Under the pieces are notes generated by a model, which was not told where the DNA came from, ran no database searches, and was given only the letters and a program-made list of their open reading frames with translations. A stretch of 64,000 nucleotides of DNA from an uncultured Erysipelotrichaceae bacterium (GTDB taxonomy: Bacteria; Bacillota_I; Bacilli_A; Erysipelotrichales; Erysipelotrichaceae): assembly GCA_944324155.1 (NCBI GenBank), contig CALUVF010000081.1:31-64030 (forward strand), in the 5' to 3' direction. The position numbers were made by a program, and so were the translations under genes. Shown in pieces: positions 55,156 to 64,000 of this stretch (position 1 is the stretch's first letter; the number at the start of each line of letters is the position of its first letter).

Positions 55156-55673
55156 CTTAGATCGATCCAATATCTTTGAACGATCTTCGTACCCTCAAGT
55201 ATCTCATTTTCTAAGATCCCACCGTTATTGATGATCGATTTGGCCGATCCGATATTATCTTTATCACATACCAACAAGACGCGCTCGATACCTAATTTTT
55301 TGCATTCTTCTAAGCCCAATTTAATCATCTTGGTAGCATAGCCCTTTCTTCTTTCTGTAGGCCTGATACCATCGCCAATGTGACCACCGAATTTTAAAAG
55401 ATAATCATTTAGATAATGGCGAATATTGATCGCTCCGACCATAATATGGCGCTTTTCATCAAGACAGAAGAAAGTTGAAGATGGGACCTTGCCATCTTTA
55501 GGTTCATGATAATCAATGCGATCGCAATAAAACCCAAAATCCTGCCAGTCATTTTTAAAGATAGCGGCGGGCGAAGTGTTGGCGTCAGGATGCAAACTAT
55601 TAAAGGCACTCCACTCCTTTAACATATCAATTATCAGCTCTTTATACTCCATACTGGCTTTTACTAGTTTCAT
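55152..55673 (-). CDS. GNAT-family N-acetyltransferase
   Basis: 173 aa. 'VGAINIRHYL...IRPTERRKGYATKMIKLGLEECKKLG' acetyl-CoA-binding motif A. GGAGG RBS. Confidence 0.7.
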   Translation of the reverse strand: MKLVKASMEYKELIIDMLKEWSAFNSLHPDANTSPAAIFKNDWQDFGFYCDRIDYHEPKDGKVPSSTFFCLDEKRHIMVGAINIRHYLNDYLLKFGGHIGDGIRPTERRKGYATKMIKLGLEECKKLGIERVLLVCDKDNIGSAKSIINNGGILENEILEGTKIVQRYWIDLR

Positions 55674-55676
55674 TTT

Positions 55677-56378
55677 TCAAACCTCCACAATTAATGCCTC
55701 TTCTTTTTCATAGCCTAAACTTTTAATGATCTTTCCTTCTTTAATATAAAAGGCATTGCCATAAGACTTAGGATCTTTACTTAGGGCATTCACGATAAGG
55801 ACATTTTCAAAACCTTTTGCGGCCATCGCATATTCTTCTTCCATCTTTTTAAAGCATTCTAGATCAAAGTTAACATATATCGGCCAAAGCAAGATCCCCT
55901 CTTTTTTAAAGCGCCCAGGGCATACAAACATATCGCCACAAAGCGCAATAGTAAATTTCTTATCGTCAAGCATAAAACTCCTGACGCTTTCGCCCTCACT
56001 ATAATGATTATCGGTTTTTGTATACTCTTTCCATTGTTTTGATATACGCCGATAATTATTGATGATCGCTCCTTTATTGATAGTCAGGTAGGAAGAATAG
56101 ATCTTTTCATCACACTTTTCAAAATATCCGAAGCTTATTGCCATATCATATTCTTTAGATAGATCTTTAATTTCTGTAATGTATTTAGAACTTAAAGAAA
56201 CAGCTATCTTCTTATCGTGATCATAATCCCAATTTAAGGCGTCGAAACCTTGTAAAAAGCTCTCAGAAAAACAAAGCATATCAAGATTACTATATCTTTT
56301 CATAGCCCTTTTGATCTTATTAAAGTTGAATGTTAAGTCACCATTTTTAAATTCTGCGACAACCAAAGCGACCTTCAT
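55677..56378 (-). CDS. carbon-nitrogen hydrolase (nitrilase-superfamily) protein
   Basis: 233 aa. Candidate E-K-C triad contexts 'LCFSESFLQGF', 'YRRISKQW', 'IALCGDMF'. Confidence 0.65.
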   Translation of the reverse strand: MKVALVVAEFKNGDLTFNFNKIKRAMKRYSNLDMLCFSESFLQGFDALNWDYDHDKKIAVSLSSKYITEIKDLSKEYDMAISFGYFEKCDEKIYSSYLTINKGAIINNYRRISKQWKEYTKTDNHYSEGESVRSFMLDDKKFTIALCGDMFVCPGRFKKEGILLWPIYVNFDLECFKKMEEEYAMAAKGFENVLIVNALSKDPKSYGNAFYIKEGKIIKSLGYEKEEALIVEV

Positions 56379-56390
56379 AAGACAAGTTTA

Positions 56391-56906
56391 TCAGAAAGCA
56401 CTAAAATTTAAATATTCTGTTTTTAAAAAATCATTGACGATCTTCTCTAGGATCTCTTCATAAGCTATCACTCGCTCCTTAAAGACCATATACAAAGGCA
56501 TCGGTTCTAGATCTAGCCTTTTAATATTTAGGATAGCTCTTTTCTTTTTTGGGTCGATCGTTTCTATTTTGACGAGATCTAAATAGGGCATCACCCTTTG
56601 CATATCGCAAATTAGGGCATCATATTTCTTTATATCTTTAAAGTCATAGTTTTCATAGACATTATCAAGATAAAGATGAAAGAAATGGCCAAGGCTAAAA
56701 TTGTCGCGTGTTTTAACTTTTAAAAGAAAGGTCTTAAGATCGCATAGTCCCTCGGCGGTATTTTTAAAATGAAGTTTTAAAAACAGTTTTTCATCATCTA
56801 AAACATCAGGATAGGCTGATCCCAAAAACAAGTCTCTTAAATCTTGAATATTTAATTTTTCCCCTAAAATCAGAGCGAGATTTAAATGAGTCGAAAGTTT
56901 GGGCAT
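56391..56906 (-). CDS. hypothetical protein (weak resemblance to metal-dependent hydrolase / Zn-phospholipase-C-like His/Asp pattern)
   Basis: 171 aa. 'STHLNLA', 'GSAYPD', 'LGHFFHLYLD'. GAAGGGA RBS. Function not recognised. Confidence 0.45.
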   Translation of the reverse strand: MPKLSTHLNLALILGEKLNIQDLRDLFLGSAYPDVLDDEKLFLKLHFKNTAEGLCDLKTFLLKVKTRDNFSLGHFFHLYLDNVYENYDFKDIKKYDALICDMQRVMPYLDLVKIETIDPKKKRAILNIKRLDLEPMPLYMVFKERVIAYEEILEKIVNDFLKTEYLNFSAF

Positions 56907-56907
56907 G

Positions 56908-57744
56908 TTATTTCCCTTCTAAAAAATTCTTGATATTTTGATAAGCGATCTTATGAATCTCTTCATCATTAAAATTACAATAATCTAATATCTTCATATA
57001 GTCATCATATACCTCTTCGCTGCTTATGATCCGACTAAATGGCCAATTACTCGCAAAGACCAAGCGGTCGATCTTAAAACTTCTAAGGATCTCATTGGTC
57101 TTTTTTAAGCCGAAGGTCTTGGCATAATCTGGAAGGACCGCCGACATATCGACATAACAATTTAGATGCAGTAGTTCTTCAAACTCTAAATAACCCATAT
57201 GCGAGACCATCATTTTTAATTTTGGATACCTTTTTAAGACCCTTCGGATCTTAGAAACCGAACACAGATCATCATTCGCATCAGGATAAGAGTGAACACA
57301 GACACATATACCCCTATTTTGTGCATATTCCAAAAGTGGTCTGTTATAGTCGCTGTCGATGGGAAAGCCCGAGTTGGTCGGGTGTAATTTAAGGCCATCA
57401 AAGCCATACTTTTCGATTGCTTCTTCAACATATTTAAGGCTGTCTGAGGCTGTGTTAAAGGGATCGATGTCAGCGAAGATATAAAAGCGATCCGGATATT
57501 CTTTTTTAAACTTTAAAAGATTCTCATGGACCTCCCTAACCTTGAATTGCATCGCCAAATAGATCGGATCATTAAAAGGCATGATCACAGCTTTTTCGAT
57601 ATTATAGCGCTCCATGATTTCAAGATAAGTTTCTAATTTCGCTTTAGAATAAGCGTCCTTAAATCCAGGCTGAGCTTTATGGATCTCATCGGGGACAAGA
57701 TGGATATGTCCATCGATCTTTTTAACACTTTTCCAACCTAACAT
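56908..57744 (-). CDS. amidohydrolase-2 (TIM-barrel metal-dependent hydrolase) family protein
   Basis: 278 aa. 'IDGHIHLVP', 'KLHP', 'VCVHS', 'MVSHMG', 'FASNWPF' ligand pattern. GAAGGAGAAGG RBS. Overlaps the radical-SAM stop. Confidence 0.7.
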   Translation of the reverse strand: MLGWKSVKKIDGHIHLVPDEIHKAQPGFKDAYSKAKLETYLEIMERYNIEKAVIMPFNDPIYLAMQFKVREVHENLLKFKKEYPDRFYIFADIDPFNTASDSLKYVEEAIEKYGFDGLKLHPTNSGFPIDSDYNRPLLEYAQNRGICVCVHSYPDANDDLCSVSKIRRVLKRYPKLKMMVSHMGYLEFEELLHLNCYVDMSAVLPDYAKTFGLKKTNEILRSFKIDRLVFASNWPFSRIISSEEVYDDYMKILDYCNFNDEEIHKIAYQNIKNFLEGK

Positions 57745-58841
57745 ACGCCTTCTCCTTCATAATTATCCATTAAAGCCATGATCCCAGCGATCTTGTTGGG
57801 ATAGACATAGTTGTTTGATGATGGGCTTAGATGTCTTTCTTTAACGGCGTCTAGGATATCGGGATAATGGATCTTAGAGCTTTCGTAATAATTATCTTCG
57901 GCCACTATGATCGCCTTTAATATATCGTCAGTATCGAGCTTTTTGATATTTCCTAAAAGTTTCAGATTAATGCCGGTATTTCCTAAATAGAAATTTAAGT
58001 TTTGATCGATATGGAAAAAGGCAGTATATTTACTTTCAAGTTCTTTTTGAACCATTGAATAATCGAGATTTTTGATGATGTTTTCTTCATTAAAGAGTGA
58101 TACCTTAGCTTTTAGATCCGTGGTGTCGATAGCTAATGCATCTAAAAAAGGAACGATCTTTTGATAATCATCTTTATCACATCGGATCTTTTGATATTTC
58201 TTAAGCCTAGATAAAGGCAGGTAGTCACAAATGACTGGCAAGATGTGATCATAGCGGATCTTTTTTAAAACTATTGAAAGCTCATCTAATTCTTTGACCA
58301 TTTCTTTATTAAAAATCAAAGAGATCCAGACCTCTAAGCCCATATCTTTAAAGAGATTAGCAGCTTCGATCAAAGAATCGAGGGCACCTTCTTTAAAGAC
58401 GATCGCATCATGTATCTTGTTAGGGCCATGGATCGCAAGAGAGACATCTAGCCAGTTATTTTCTTTTAAAATTTCGATGATCTGATCTTTTCGCTTCTCA
58501 TTTAAAAAGGCGATCCCAGTCGTTGATCCATGGTGAAAATAATTGTCTTTGACATGAGATTTGACATAGTCTAAGATCTCTAAACAAGCCGGGTGATTAT
58601 AGAGCTCATTATCTAAAGTAAAACTGATCCTATCCTTCAGAACTTCAAAAACACCTTGAAGCTTATCAAGGCAAAGTTTGAAATCATCTAAGTTCATAAT
58701 CTTGCCCCTTCCGCCATCGACATAGCAGTGCAGACAAGATGTATTGCAACCAGCTACTAAAATATCAATATTATAGTCCATAACTGTCTTTATTCTAGCA
58801 TATGCACCTGGTTTTGAAATTGTTAAGTTAAGTTGACACAT
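57738..58841 (-). CDS. radical SAM enzyme, unassigned subfamily
   Basis: CX3CX2C 'GCNTSCLHCY' near the N-terminus. No Cys-rich SPASM-type C-terminus seen. Alternative start is M21 at 58781, preceded by TGCTAGAAT-N10. Confidence 0.7.
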   Translation of the reverse strand: MCQLNLTISKPGAYARIKTVMDYNIDILVAGCNTSCLHCYVDGGRGKIMNLDDFKLCLDKLQGVFEVLKDRISFTLDNELYNHPACLEILDYVKSHVKDNYFHHGSTTGIAFLNEKRKDQIIEILKENNWLDVSLAIHGPNKIHDAIVFKEGALDSLIEAANLFKDMGLEVWISLIFNKEMVKELDELSIVLKKIRYDHILPVICDYLPLSRLKKYQKIRCDKDDYQKIVPFLDALAIDTTDLKAKVSLFNEENIIKNLDYSMVQKELESKYTAFFHIDQNLNFYLGNTGINLKLLGNIKKLDTDDILKAIIVAEDNYYESSKIHYPDILDAVKERHLSPSSNNYVYPNKIAGIMALMDNYEGEGVC

Positions 58842-58910
58842 TTACAAGTAGGGTTGATAGAAATTATATGGGTGATACTTTACAATATAGTTAGAAAGAG
58901 AGGGAAATTC

Positions 58911-59600
58911 ATGAACATCTCTGATCGAATCCTAGAACAAAGAAAAATCAAAGGAATGTCGCAAAGCGAACTAGCTGATGCGATCGGTGTGTCAAGACAA
59001 TCGGTATCAAAATGGGAAAGCGAACAGTCTTTGCCAGATATGGACAAGATCATCTTGATGAGCGATCTGTTTGGTGTTACGACCGATTATCTCTTAAAAG
59101 GAATCGAAGCAGAAAAGAAAGAAGCATCGTCCTTAAAGATCGACCCCCTAATCTTTGTCATCATTGCCTCGGCCTTTTCGTTTGTGAGCGTTATTTATTT
59201 CCTTTTTTCAGATGAAAGAAAAGATTTTTGGGTCTTGTTGTGCTTAATTGTAAGCCTGGCTATCTATTTTATTGGCCTAGTCATCACCAAAAACAGCACC
59301 CGTGTAAACAAGTTGTTTTGGACGATCAATATCTGGCCGATCGCCTTTTCTGGTTTTCAAGTAATTTGTTCCTTTATAAGTTATAACGTCTCTTATGGAA
59401 TACTTCGCTATTGGCCAATGTTATATTTACCACAAAAAACTTATCTTGAATATAGTCCTTACAATATTAATTACAGCAAATTAAAAGGACAATACGATAA
59501 AGCTTTGGGACTTTTTATAATACTTTGGATCTTTTATTTAGTTTTATGTATAGGGGTGGAATTTATAATAAATAGAAAATCTAAAAAGAGCCTCTCCTGA
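58911..59600 (+). CDS. XRE-family HTH regulator with C-terminal multi-pass membrane domain
   Basis: 'ILEQRKIKGMSQSELADAIGVSRQSVSKWESEQSLPDMDKIILMSDLFGVTTDYLL' plus 4-5 hydrophobic helices. ATG at 58911 with a GAGAGGG RBS. The ORF-track TTG start at 58833 is rejected. Confidence 0.8.
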   Translation: MNISDRILEQRKIKGMSQSELADAIGVSRQSVSKWESEQSLPDMDKIILMSDLFGVTTDYLLKGIEAEKKEASSLKIDPLIFVIIASAFSFVSVIYFLFSDERKDFWVLLCLIVSLAIYFIGLVITKNSTRVNKLFWTINIWPIAFSGFQVICSFISYNVSYGILRYWPMLYLPQKTYLEYSPYNINYSKLKGQYDKALGLFIILWIFYLVLCIGVEFIINRKSKKSLS

Positions 59601-59640
59601 TTTTTAAAGACAGTCAAGTTTTAAATTGTTCTCCTTAAAC

Positions 59641-59668
59641 AAACCATCAAAAGCCTTGATGGTTTTTA
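59641..59668. terminator. rho-independent terminator between the convergent HTH and GNAT genes
   Basis: AAACCATCAA-aagcc-TTGATGGTTT followed by TTAT. Confidence 0.8.
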
Positions 59669-60145
59669 TCAGGCAACCGCGATCCTAATAGCCTCTTCTC
59701 TATCGTTTCCTGCAAGGCAATCATAAAAGCGTTTGGCCTCTTCGTTTGTGGCGGTTAGAATGATGAGTTCTGTAATCCCCTTCTTTTTTAGATCACTTAA
59801 AAGTGCTTTGACCATCAATTGGGCCACACCTTTTCTTCTTTGGCTTTTTAATACAGCGATCCAATCAAGATAAGCACTTTCGATAAGTCCGTTATATCTT
59901 GTGACGATCAAAGAGGCATCAAGTCTTCCAATGACTTTATCATCGATTAAGGCAATGTAAGATAAGGCCGTGTTAAATGAGGGGTCAGAAAAACTTGACA
60001 CGATCTGTCTTTTATAATCTTCGTTAATTTGGGTGAAATAGGTATCAGGCTCTTCTTTACGGAGCTCTTTTTCAAAAGCTATCAGCTTATCTAACTCATC
60101 TATCTCAAATCTTTTAACTTTCATAAAATTCCTTGATATATTCAT
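59669..60145 (-). CDS. GNAT-family N-acetyltransferase
   Basis: 158 aa. 'WIAVLKSQRRKGVAQLMVKALLSDLKKKG' motif A. Alternative start is M8 at 60124; either start overlaps the upstream kinase gene. Confidence 0.75.
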   Translation of the reverse strand: MNISRNFMKVKRFEIDELDKLIAFEKELRKEEPDTYFTQINEDYKRQIVSSFSDPSFNTALSYIALIDDKVIGRLDASLIVTRYNGLIESAYLDWIAVLKSQRRKGVAQLMVKALLSDLKKKGITELIILTATNEEAKRFYDCLAGNDREEAIRIAVA

Positions 60146-60599
60146 CTGCTTCTTGATGCGATCTAAAAATATAAATTCTTTTATCTTGATATCTATTTAG
60201 AAGTTCATAGATAGGTTTGGTATCAAAATTTTCTATGAACTTTATAAAGTCCGGATCGAGTTCTTCTTCGATCCAAGGCATATCCAAACGTTTAGTTTTA
60301 AGACGTTTTTTCACGCCTTCGATACATTTATCTTTAGGAAGATCTAAGAAAAAGATCGTATCGGCGTGCCGTATTCTTTCATTCATCGTTGAAAAATAGT
60401 TGCCATCAATGATCCACTCTTCTTTACCTAAAACATCAGCGAGTCGTTTCTTAAATTCTTCCTTAGATACAGTGGTCTTATCTTTACGCCAATAGATGAG
60501 ATCAAGATGATATAAAGGTAACCCTGTTGTCTTTGATAGTCCTCTCGCAAAGGTGGACTTGCCCGAGCCAGGCGAGCCGATGATCAATACTTTTTTCAT
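60114..60599 (-). CDS. P-loop NTPase/kinase of the topology-modulation (FlaR)/adenylate-kinase-like family (paralogue of 54649-55155)
   Basis: 'MKKVLIIGSPGSGKSTFAR', 'WIIDGNY', 'IFFLDLPKDKCIEGVKKRLK'. ATG at 60599 preferred over 60647, which lies inside the MBL gene. Confidence 0.7.
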   Translation of the reverse strand: MKKVLIIGSPGSGKSTFARGLSKTTGLPLYHLDLIYWRKDKTTVSKEEFKKRLADVLGKEEWIIDGNYFSTMNERIRHADTIFFLDLPKDKCIEGVKKRLKTKRLDMPWIEEELDPDFIKFIENFDTKPIYELLNRYQDKRIYIFRSHQEADEYIKEFYES

Positions 60600-60601
60600 A
60601 T

Positions 60602-61270
60602 CTAATAATAAAACTTGGTTCCCTTTTCTCCTTGATAAGTAAGGCAAGGCATAGCGGTCGTCTTTTCGCCTTTTAGCTTCCCTTCTTTTAAAGCGATTGC
60701 ATCTAAAAGATTCTTTTCGATATATGAACCATCGATGGGATAATCATGATGACTAGGGAGGATCACTTTGATCTTATCTTTGATCTTTAAAAGCTTTTCT
60801 TGACTTTTGATATAGGCGTCAAGATCGCGATGTTCCCCAAACATGAAGATCGGACCTTCCCTTTGGATCGAATCGCCGGAAATCAAAAGCCCTTTCTCTT
60901 TATCAAAGAAAGCGATGCTGCCCCTGGTGTGACCAGGGATCTCTAAGACAGTAAATTCATAAGTTCCGACTTTAAGGACATCGTCTTCTTTTAAAGGATA
61001 CTTTCTGATGTTGGGATCTAAAAGCTCAAAATCCTTTTCATGTAAGAAACATTCCTTAAAATAGATCGCTCCTTCGCTATGATCCTTATCGCCATGGGTG
61101 AGAACTAATTTAAGAGGTTTATCAGTTATCTTTTTAACTTCATCTAAAATGTGATCTTTTTCAAAAAGGGCATCGATCAAAAGAGCCTCGCCTTTACCTC
61201 TTATTAAAAAAGCGCGCACCATGTCACTATCAATAACAAATAAGTCCTCATATAACTCTTTTGTTTCCAT
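60602..61270 (-). CDS. MBL-fold metallo-hydrolase
   Basis: 222 aa. 'LVLTHGDKDH' (variant HxHxDH), 'PGHTRGS', 'LPSHHD'. Confidence 0.8.
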   Translation of the reverse strand: METKELYEDLFVIDSDMVRAFLIRGKGEALLIDALFEKDHILDEVKKITDKPLKLVLTHGDKDHSEGAIYFKECFLHEKDFELLDPNIRKYPLKEDDVLKVGTYEFTVLEIPGHTRGSIAFFDKEKGLLISGDSIQREGPIFMFGEHRDLDAYIKSQEKLLKIKDKIKVILPSHHDYPIDGSYIEKNLLDAIALKEGKLKGEKTTAMPCLTYQGEKGTKFYY

Positions 61271-61287
61271 GTTAGCTCCTTATAAAT

Positions 61288-61314
61288 TTGGGCACGTTAA
61301 AACGTGCCCTTTTC
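61288..61314. terminator. stem-loop terminator downstream of leuS
   Basis: GGGCACGT-taaa-ACGTGCCC. The T-tract is on the plus-strand side and only AAATTT on the leuS side, so orientation is ambiguous. Confidence 0.6.
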
Positions 61315-63711
61315 TTAAATTACGATATTGATGATCTCAGACTTGATCACGAAGTGTTTCTTGATGGTCTGGCCATCGGTGTATTTTTTGACATTTTCTT
61401 GATCTAGAGCCAAGGCATAGAGCTTTTCGTCTTCCAGACCGCTTTGGGCCATGAATTTAGCTCGAACCTTGCCATTGATCTGAACGACGATCTCTATTTC
61501 ATCAAGTTTGATCTTGCTTTCATCATAGCTTGGCCACTTACGGTAAGCCAGATCACTTAAGCCTGTCAAGCGCTCGTAGATCTCATTGCCCAGATGTGGT
61601 GCAAAACATGAAAACATCTGGACAAAATTGATCGCATATTCGCGATAGACCTTTTTGGTCTTATAACATTCATTGATAAAGATCATCATTTGAGAAATAG
61701 CCGTATTGAGATTTAAGGAATCGATGTCGCTTGTGACCTTTTTAACCGTATAGTTATAGACATAGTCCAAAGAATGATCGTTAGTGTCTTTTAAACAATC
61801 ACTCATTTCGATAAACAGGCGCCAGACGCGATCCAACCAGCGTTTGGTCCCTTCGATTCCCTGTGTAGACCAGGGCTTATCAGCTTCTAAAGGCCCCATA
61901 AACATCTCATAGACCCTTAAGGCGTCAGCCCCGTAATCTCGGACGATATCGTTGGGATTGACGACGAATTCCGGATAGCGCTTGCCCATTTTAATGCCAT
62001 TGGCACCAAGGATATAGCCTTGATGTACTAAACGTTTAAAAGGCTCCTTGGTGGGGACAAGACCCTGGTCATAGAGGAAGTTGTTCCACATTCTTGAATA
62101 CAAGAGATGACCGACAGCGTGTTCTGGACCGCCGACATACAGGTCGACTGGCATCCAATGTTTTAAAAGCTCATAGTCGGCAAAACGATCGCTGTTATGG
62201 GGATCAATATATCTTAAAAAGTACCAGCTTGAACCAGCCGAGCCCGGCATTGTCGAAGTCTCGCGCTGTCCCTTTTTTCCATGATAGATGACATTTACCC
62301 AATCCGTGGCCTTATCAAGCGGAGCACCAGTCTTAGAAGGACCATAGTCATCTAACATCGGCAAAATTAAAGGCAGATCTTTTTCATCTAGTACCCCGAT
62401 CGTACCATCTTCATAGTGGATCACCGGGATCGGTTCGCCCCAATATCTCTGACGGGCAAAGATCCACTCTCTTAAACGGTAGTTGGTATGGGCTTCACCC
62501 ACTCCTTTTTCTTTAAGCCAAGCGATCATCTTAGCGATCGCCTCTTTTTTATCAAGACCGTCTAAGAAGCCGGAATTGATATGTTTGCCATCGCCTATGA
62601 AAGCTTCTTGAGCGATATCACCGCCTTCTAAAACCGGAATGATCGGGATATCAAATTTCTTGGCAAAGGCATAGTCTCTTTCATCATGGGCTGGGACAGC
62701 CATGATGGCCCCGGTACCATAGCTCATAAGGACATAGTCAGAGATCCAAATCGGGATCGCCTTATCATTTACCGGGTTGATCGCATAAGCTCCGGTAAAG
62801 ACCCCCGTCTTATCTTTATTTAACTCAGTTCTTTCAAGTTCTGACTTAGAGGCGCACTCTTTTTGATAAGCTTTCACCTTTTCAGATTGCATAGGATCAG
62901 TGATCTTATCGACTAAGGGGTGTTCAGGCGATAAGACACAATATGTCGCACCAAACAAGGTATCAGGACGAGTAGTATAAACTATAAACTCTTCATCGTG
63001 ATCCTTGATCTTAAAAGTGACGTGTGCCCCTGTTGACTTACCGATCCAGTTGCGTTGGATCTCCTTAGTGCTCTCTGGCCAGTCGAGATCATCGAGGTTC
63101 TCTAAAAGACGCTCCGCATATTTGGGGATATCGATGATCCACTGGCGCATGTTTTTCCTGACGACTGGATAGCCACCGCGTTCCGATTTGCCGTCGATGA
63201 CTTCATCATTGGCCAAGACCGTCCCTAATTCTTCACACCAGTTGACCGGCATCTCGACACATTTGGCAAGACCAGCCTTATACAGTTCGATGAAGATCCA
63301 CTGGGTCCACTTATAATACTCTGGATCTGATGTGATGACTTCTTTGGACCAGTCATAAGAAAAACCTAAGGACTTTAATTGTTCTGTGAAAGTTTCAATG
63401 TTTTTCATGGTAAAGCCATCGGGGTGATTGCCGGTTTGAATGGCATACTGCTCCGCTGGCAAACCAAAGGCATCATATCCCATGGGGTGCAATACATTGT
63501 AGCCCTCCATACGTTTTTTACGTGCAACGATATCCGTAGCCGTATATCCTTCGGGGTGTCCGGCATGGAGCCCGACCCCGCTGGGATAAGGAAACATATC
63601 TAAGACATAGTATTTTGGTTTGGAAAAATCATAGACATCAGTTTTAAAGGTCTCGTTTTCTTCCCAAAATTTCTGCCACTTTTTTTCAATCTCATGAAAG
63701 TTATAACTCAT
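61315..63711 (-). CDS. leuS: leucine-tRNA ligase
   Basis: 798 aa. '[12 protein letters not shown]' (HIGH-type) and 'KMGKR' (KMSKS-type) signatures. CP1 editing domain. Confidence 0.95.
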   Translation of the reverse strand: MSYNFHEIEKKWQKFWEENETFKTDVYDFSKPKYYVLDMFPYPSGVGLHAGHPEGYTATDIVARKKRMEGYNVLHPMGYDAFGLPAEQYAIQTGNHPDGFTMKNIETFTEQLKSLGFSYDWSKEVITSDPEYYKWTQWIFIELYKAGLAKCVEMPVNWCEELGTVLANDEVIDGKSERGGYPVVRKNMRQWIIDIPKYAERLLENLDDLDWPESTKEIQRNWIGKSTGAHVTFKIKDHDEEFIVYTTRPDTLFGATYCVLSPEHPLVDKITDPMQSEKVKAYQKECASKSELERTELNKDKTGVFTGAYAINPVNDKAIPIWISDYVLMSYGTGAIMAVPAHDERDYAFAKKFDIPIIPVLEGGDIAQEAFIGDGKHINSGFLDGLDKKEAIAKMIAWLKEKGVGEAHTNYRLREWIFARQRYWGEPIPVIHYEDGTIGVLDEKDLPLILPMLDDYGPSKTGAPLDKATDWVNVIYHGKKGQRETSTMPGSAGSSWYFLRYIDPHNSDRFADYELLKHWMPVDLYVGGPEHAVGHLLYSRMWNNFLYDQGLVPTKEPFKRLVHQGYILGANGIKMGKRYPEFVVNPNDIVRDYGADALRVYEMFMGPLEADKPWSTQGIEGTKRWLDRVWRLFIEMSDCLKDTNDHSLDYVYNYTVKKVTSDIDSLNLNTAISQMMIFINECYKTKKVYREYAINFVQMFSCFAPHLGNEIYERLTGLSDLAYRKWPSYDESKIKLDEIEIVVQINGKVRAKFMAQSGLEDEKLYALALDQENVKKYTDGQTIKKHFVIKSEIINIVI

Positions 63712-63734
63712 AATTTATCCCTCTTTTTGTTACC

Positions 63735-63762
63735 TATCTATGATAAGAGTTTTGGCTGTCAA
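63735..63762 (-). promoter_or_regulatory. candidate sigma-A promoter of leuS
   Basis: Minus strand TTGACA (63757-63762), 16-nt spacer, TAGATA (63735-63740). Short leader with a GAGGG RBS, too short for a T-box. Confidence 0.5.
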
Positions 63763-63824
63763 ATTCAATATCTGAAAAAATTTACATTCTTATTAAGAAA
63801 TATTTTCAAATTGTGATAGTTGTG

Positions 63825-63838
63825 TGAAAACGCTTTCG
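63825..63838. promoter_or_regulatory. candidate cre (CcpA operator) upstream of the last plus-strand gene
   Basis: TGAAAACGCTTTCG matches TGWAANCGNTNWCA at 13/14 positions. It ends 10 nt upstream of a TATAAT at 63849-63854. Confidence 0.5.
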
Positions 63839-63881
63839 TATTAAGTGCTATAATAAAAAAGTGTTTAAGGGGGATATGTTT

Positions 63882-64000
63882 ATGAATGTTTTATTGACAT
63901 CACCTAATTTTCCATTAAATTTTTATAATTTTGCCCGCGCCTTAAAAGAAAAAGGCGTAACGGTCTTAGCGATCGGCTATGCACCTTATGAAAGCCTAAG
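63882..64000 (+). CDS. 5' fragment of a gene running off the window (N-terminus resembles ATP-grasp / carboxylate-amine-ligase-type proteins)
   Basis: AAGGGGG RBS 8 nt before the ATG at 63882. 'MNVLLTSPNFPLNFYNFARALKEKGVTVLAIGYAPYESL' stays open to the window end. The family call is from memory of similar N-termini only. Confidence 0.4.
   Translation, partial: MNVLLTSPNFPLNFYNFARALKEKGVTVLAIGYAPYESL

Noticed and set aside
54649-61270. Accessory block considered as a mobile genetic element or genomic island with defined ends
   Set aside because: I could see no integrase, transposase, recombinase, tRNA attachment site or flanking direct/inverted repeats. GATC enrichment persists inside it, arguing against very recent acquisition. 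It is kept only as a compositionally distinct accessory region.

Overview
64-kb chromosomal segment of a low-GC genome (about 38-40% GC by eye) of Bacillota/Mycoplasmatota type. Gene order is Bacillus-like: polA-mutM-coaE-dnaB-dnaI, pfkA-pyk, and ytxG/ytxH-like-ccpA...tyrS. A glucolipid-synthase pair, an Rnf complex, MEP-pathway ispH, many lipoproteins and no peptidoglycan genes in the window suggest an Acholeplasma- or Erysipelotrichia-like organism; this is inference only. I call about 71 protein-coding genes, about 85% on the minus strand. They are very tightly packed, with many ATGA/TAATG start-stop overlaps. I found no rRNA, tRNA, CRISPR array, transposase or integrase. Most genes are housekeeping: glycolysis, PTS enzyme I, replication and repair, PNPase, aaRS, purine salvage, ScpAB. 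Most notable items: (1) A non-canonical rnfCDGEA-x-B operon. RnfD is fused to an extra TM helix plus two tandem FMN-binding domains, RnfB is reduced to its N-terminal Fe-S domain, an extra Cys/His-rich mini-protein is inserted, and a lipoprotein ApbE is divergently encoded. (2) A GT4 glucolipid-synthase-like protein fused in frame to a full RecX domain. (3) Window-wide roughly 5-fold over-representation of GATC. (4) A lower-GC accessory block (about 54.6-61.3 kb). It holds a tightly coupled radical-SAM / amidohydrolase / unknown / C-N hydrolase / GNAT / P-loop kinase operon, divergent from a membrane-bound XRE regulator. (5) A recurrent TGnTAnAAT-N6-ATG arrangement implying leaderless mRNAs for at least five or six operon heads. 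(6) An uncharacterised SAF-domain/lipoprotein surface cluster. All product calls rest on motif and family recognition by eye. No database search was run.
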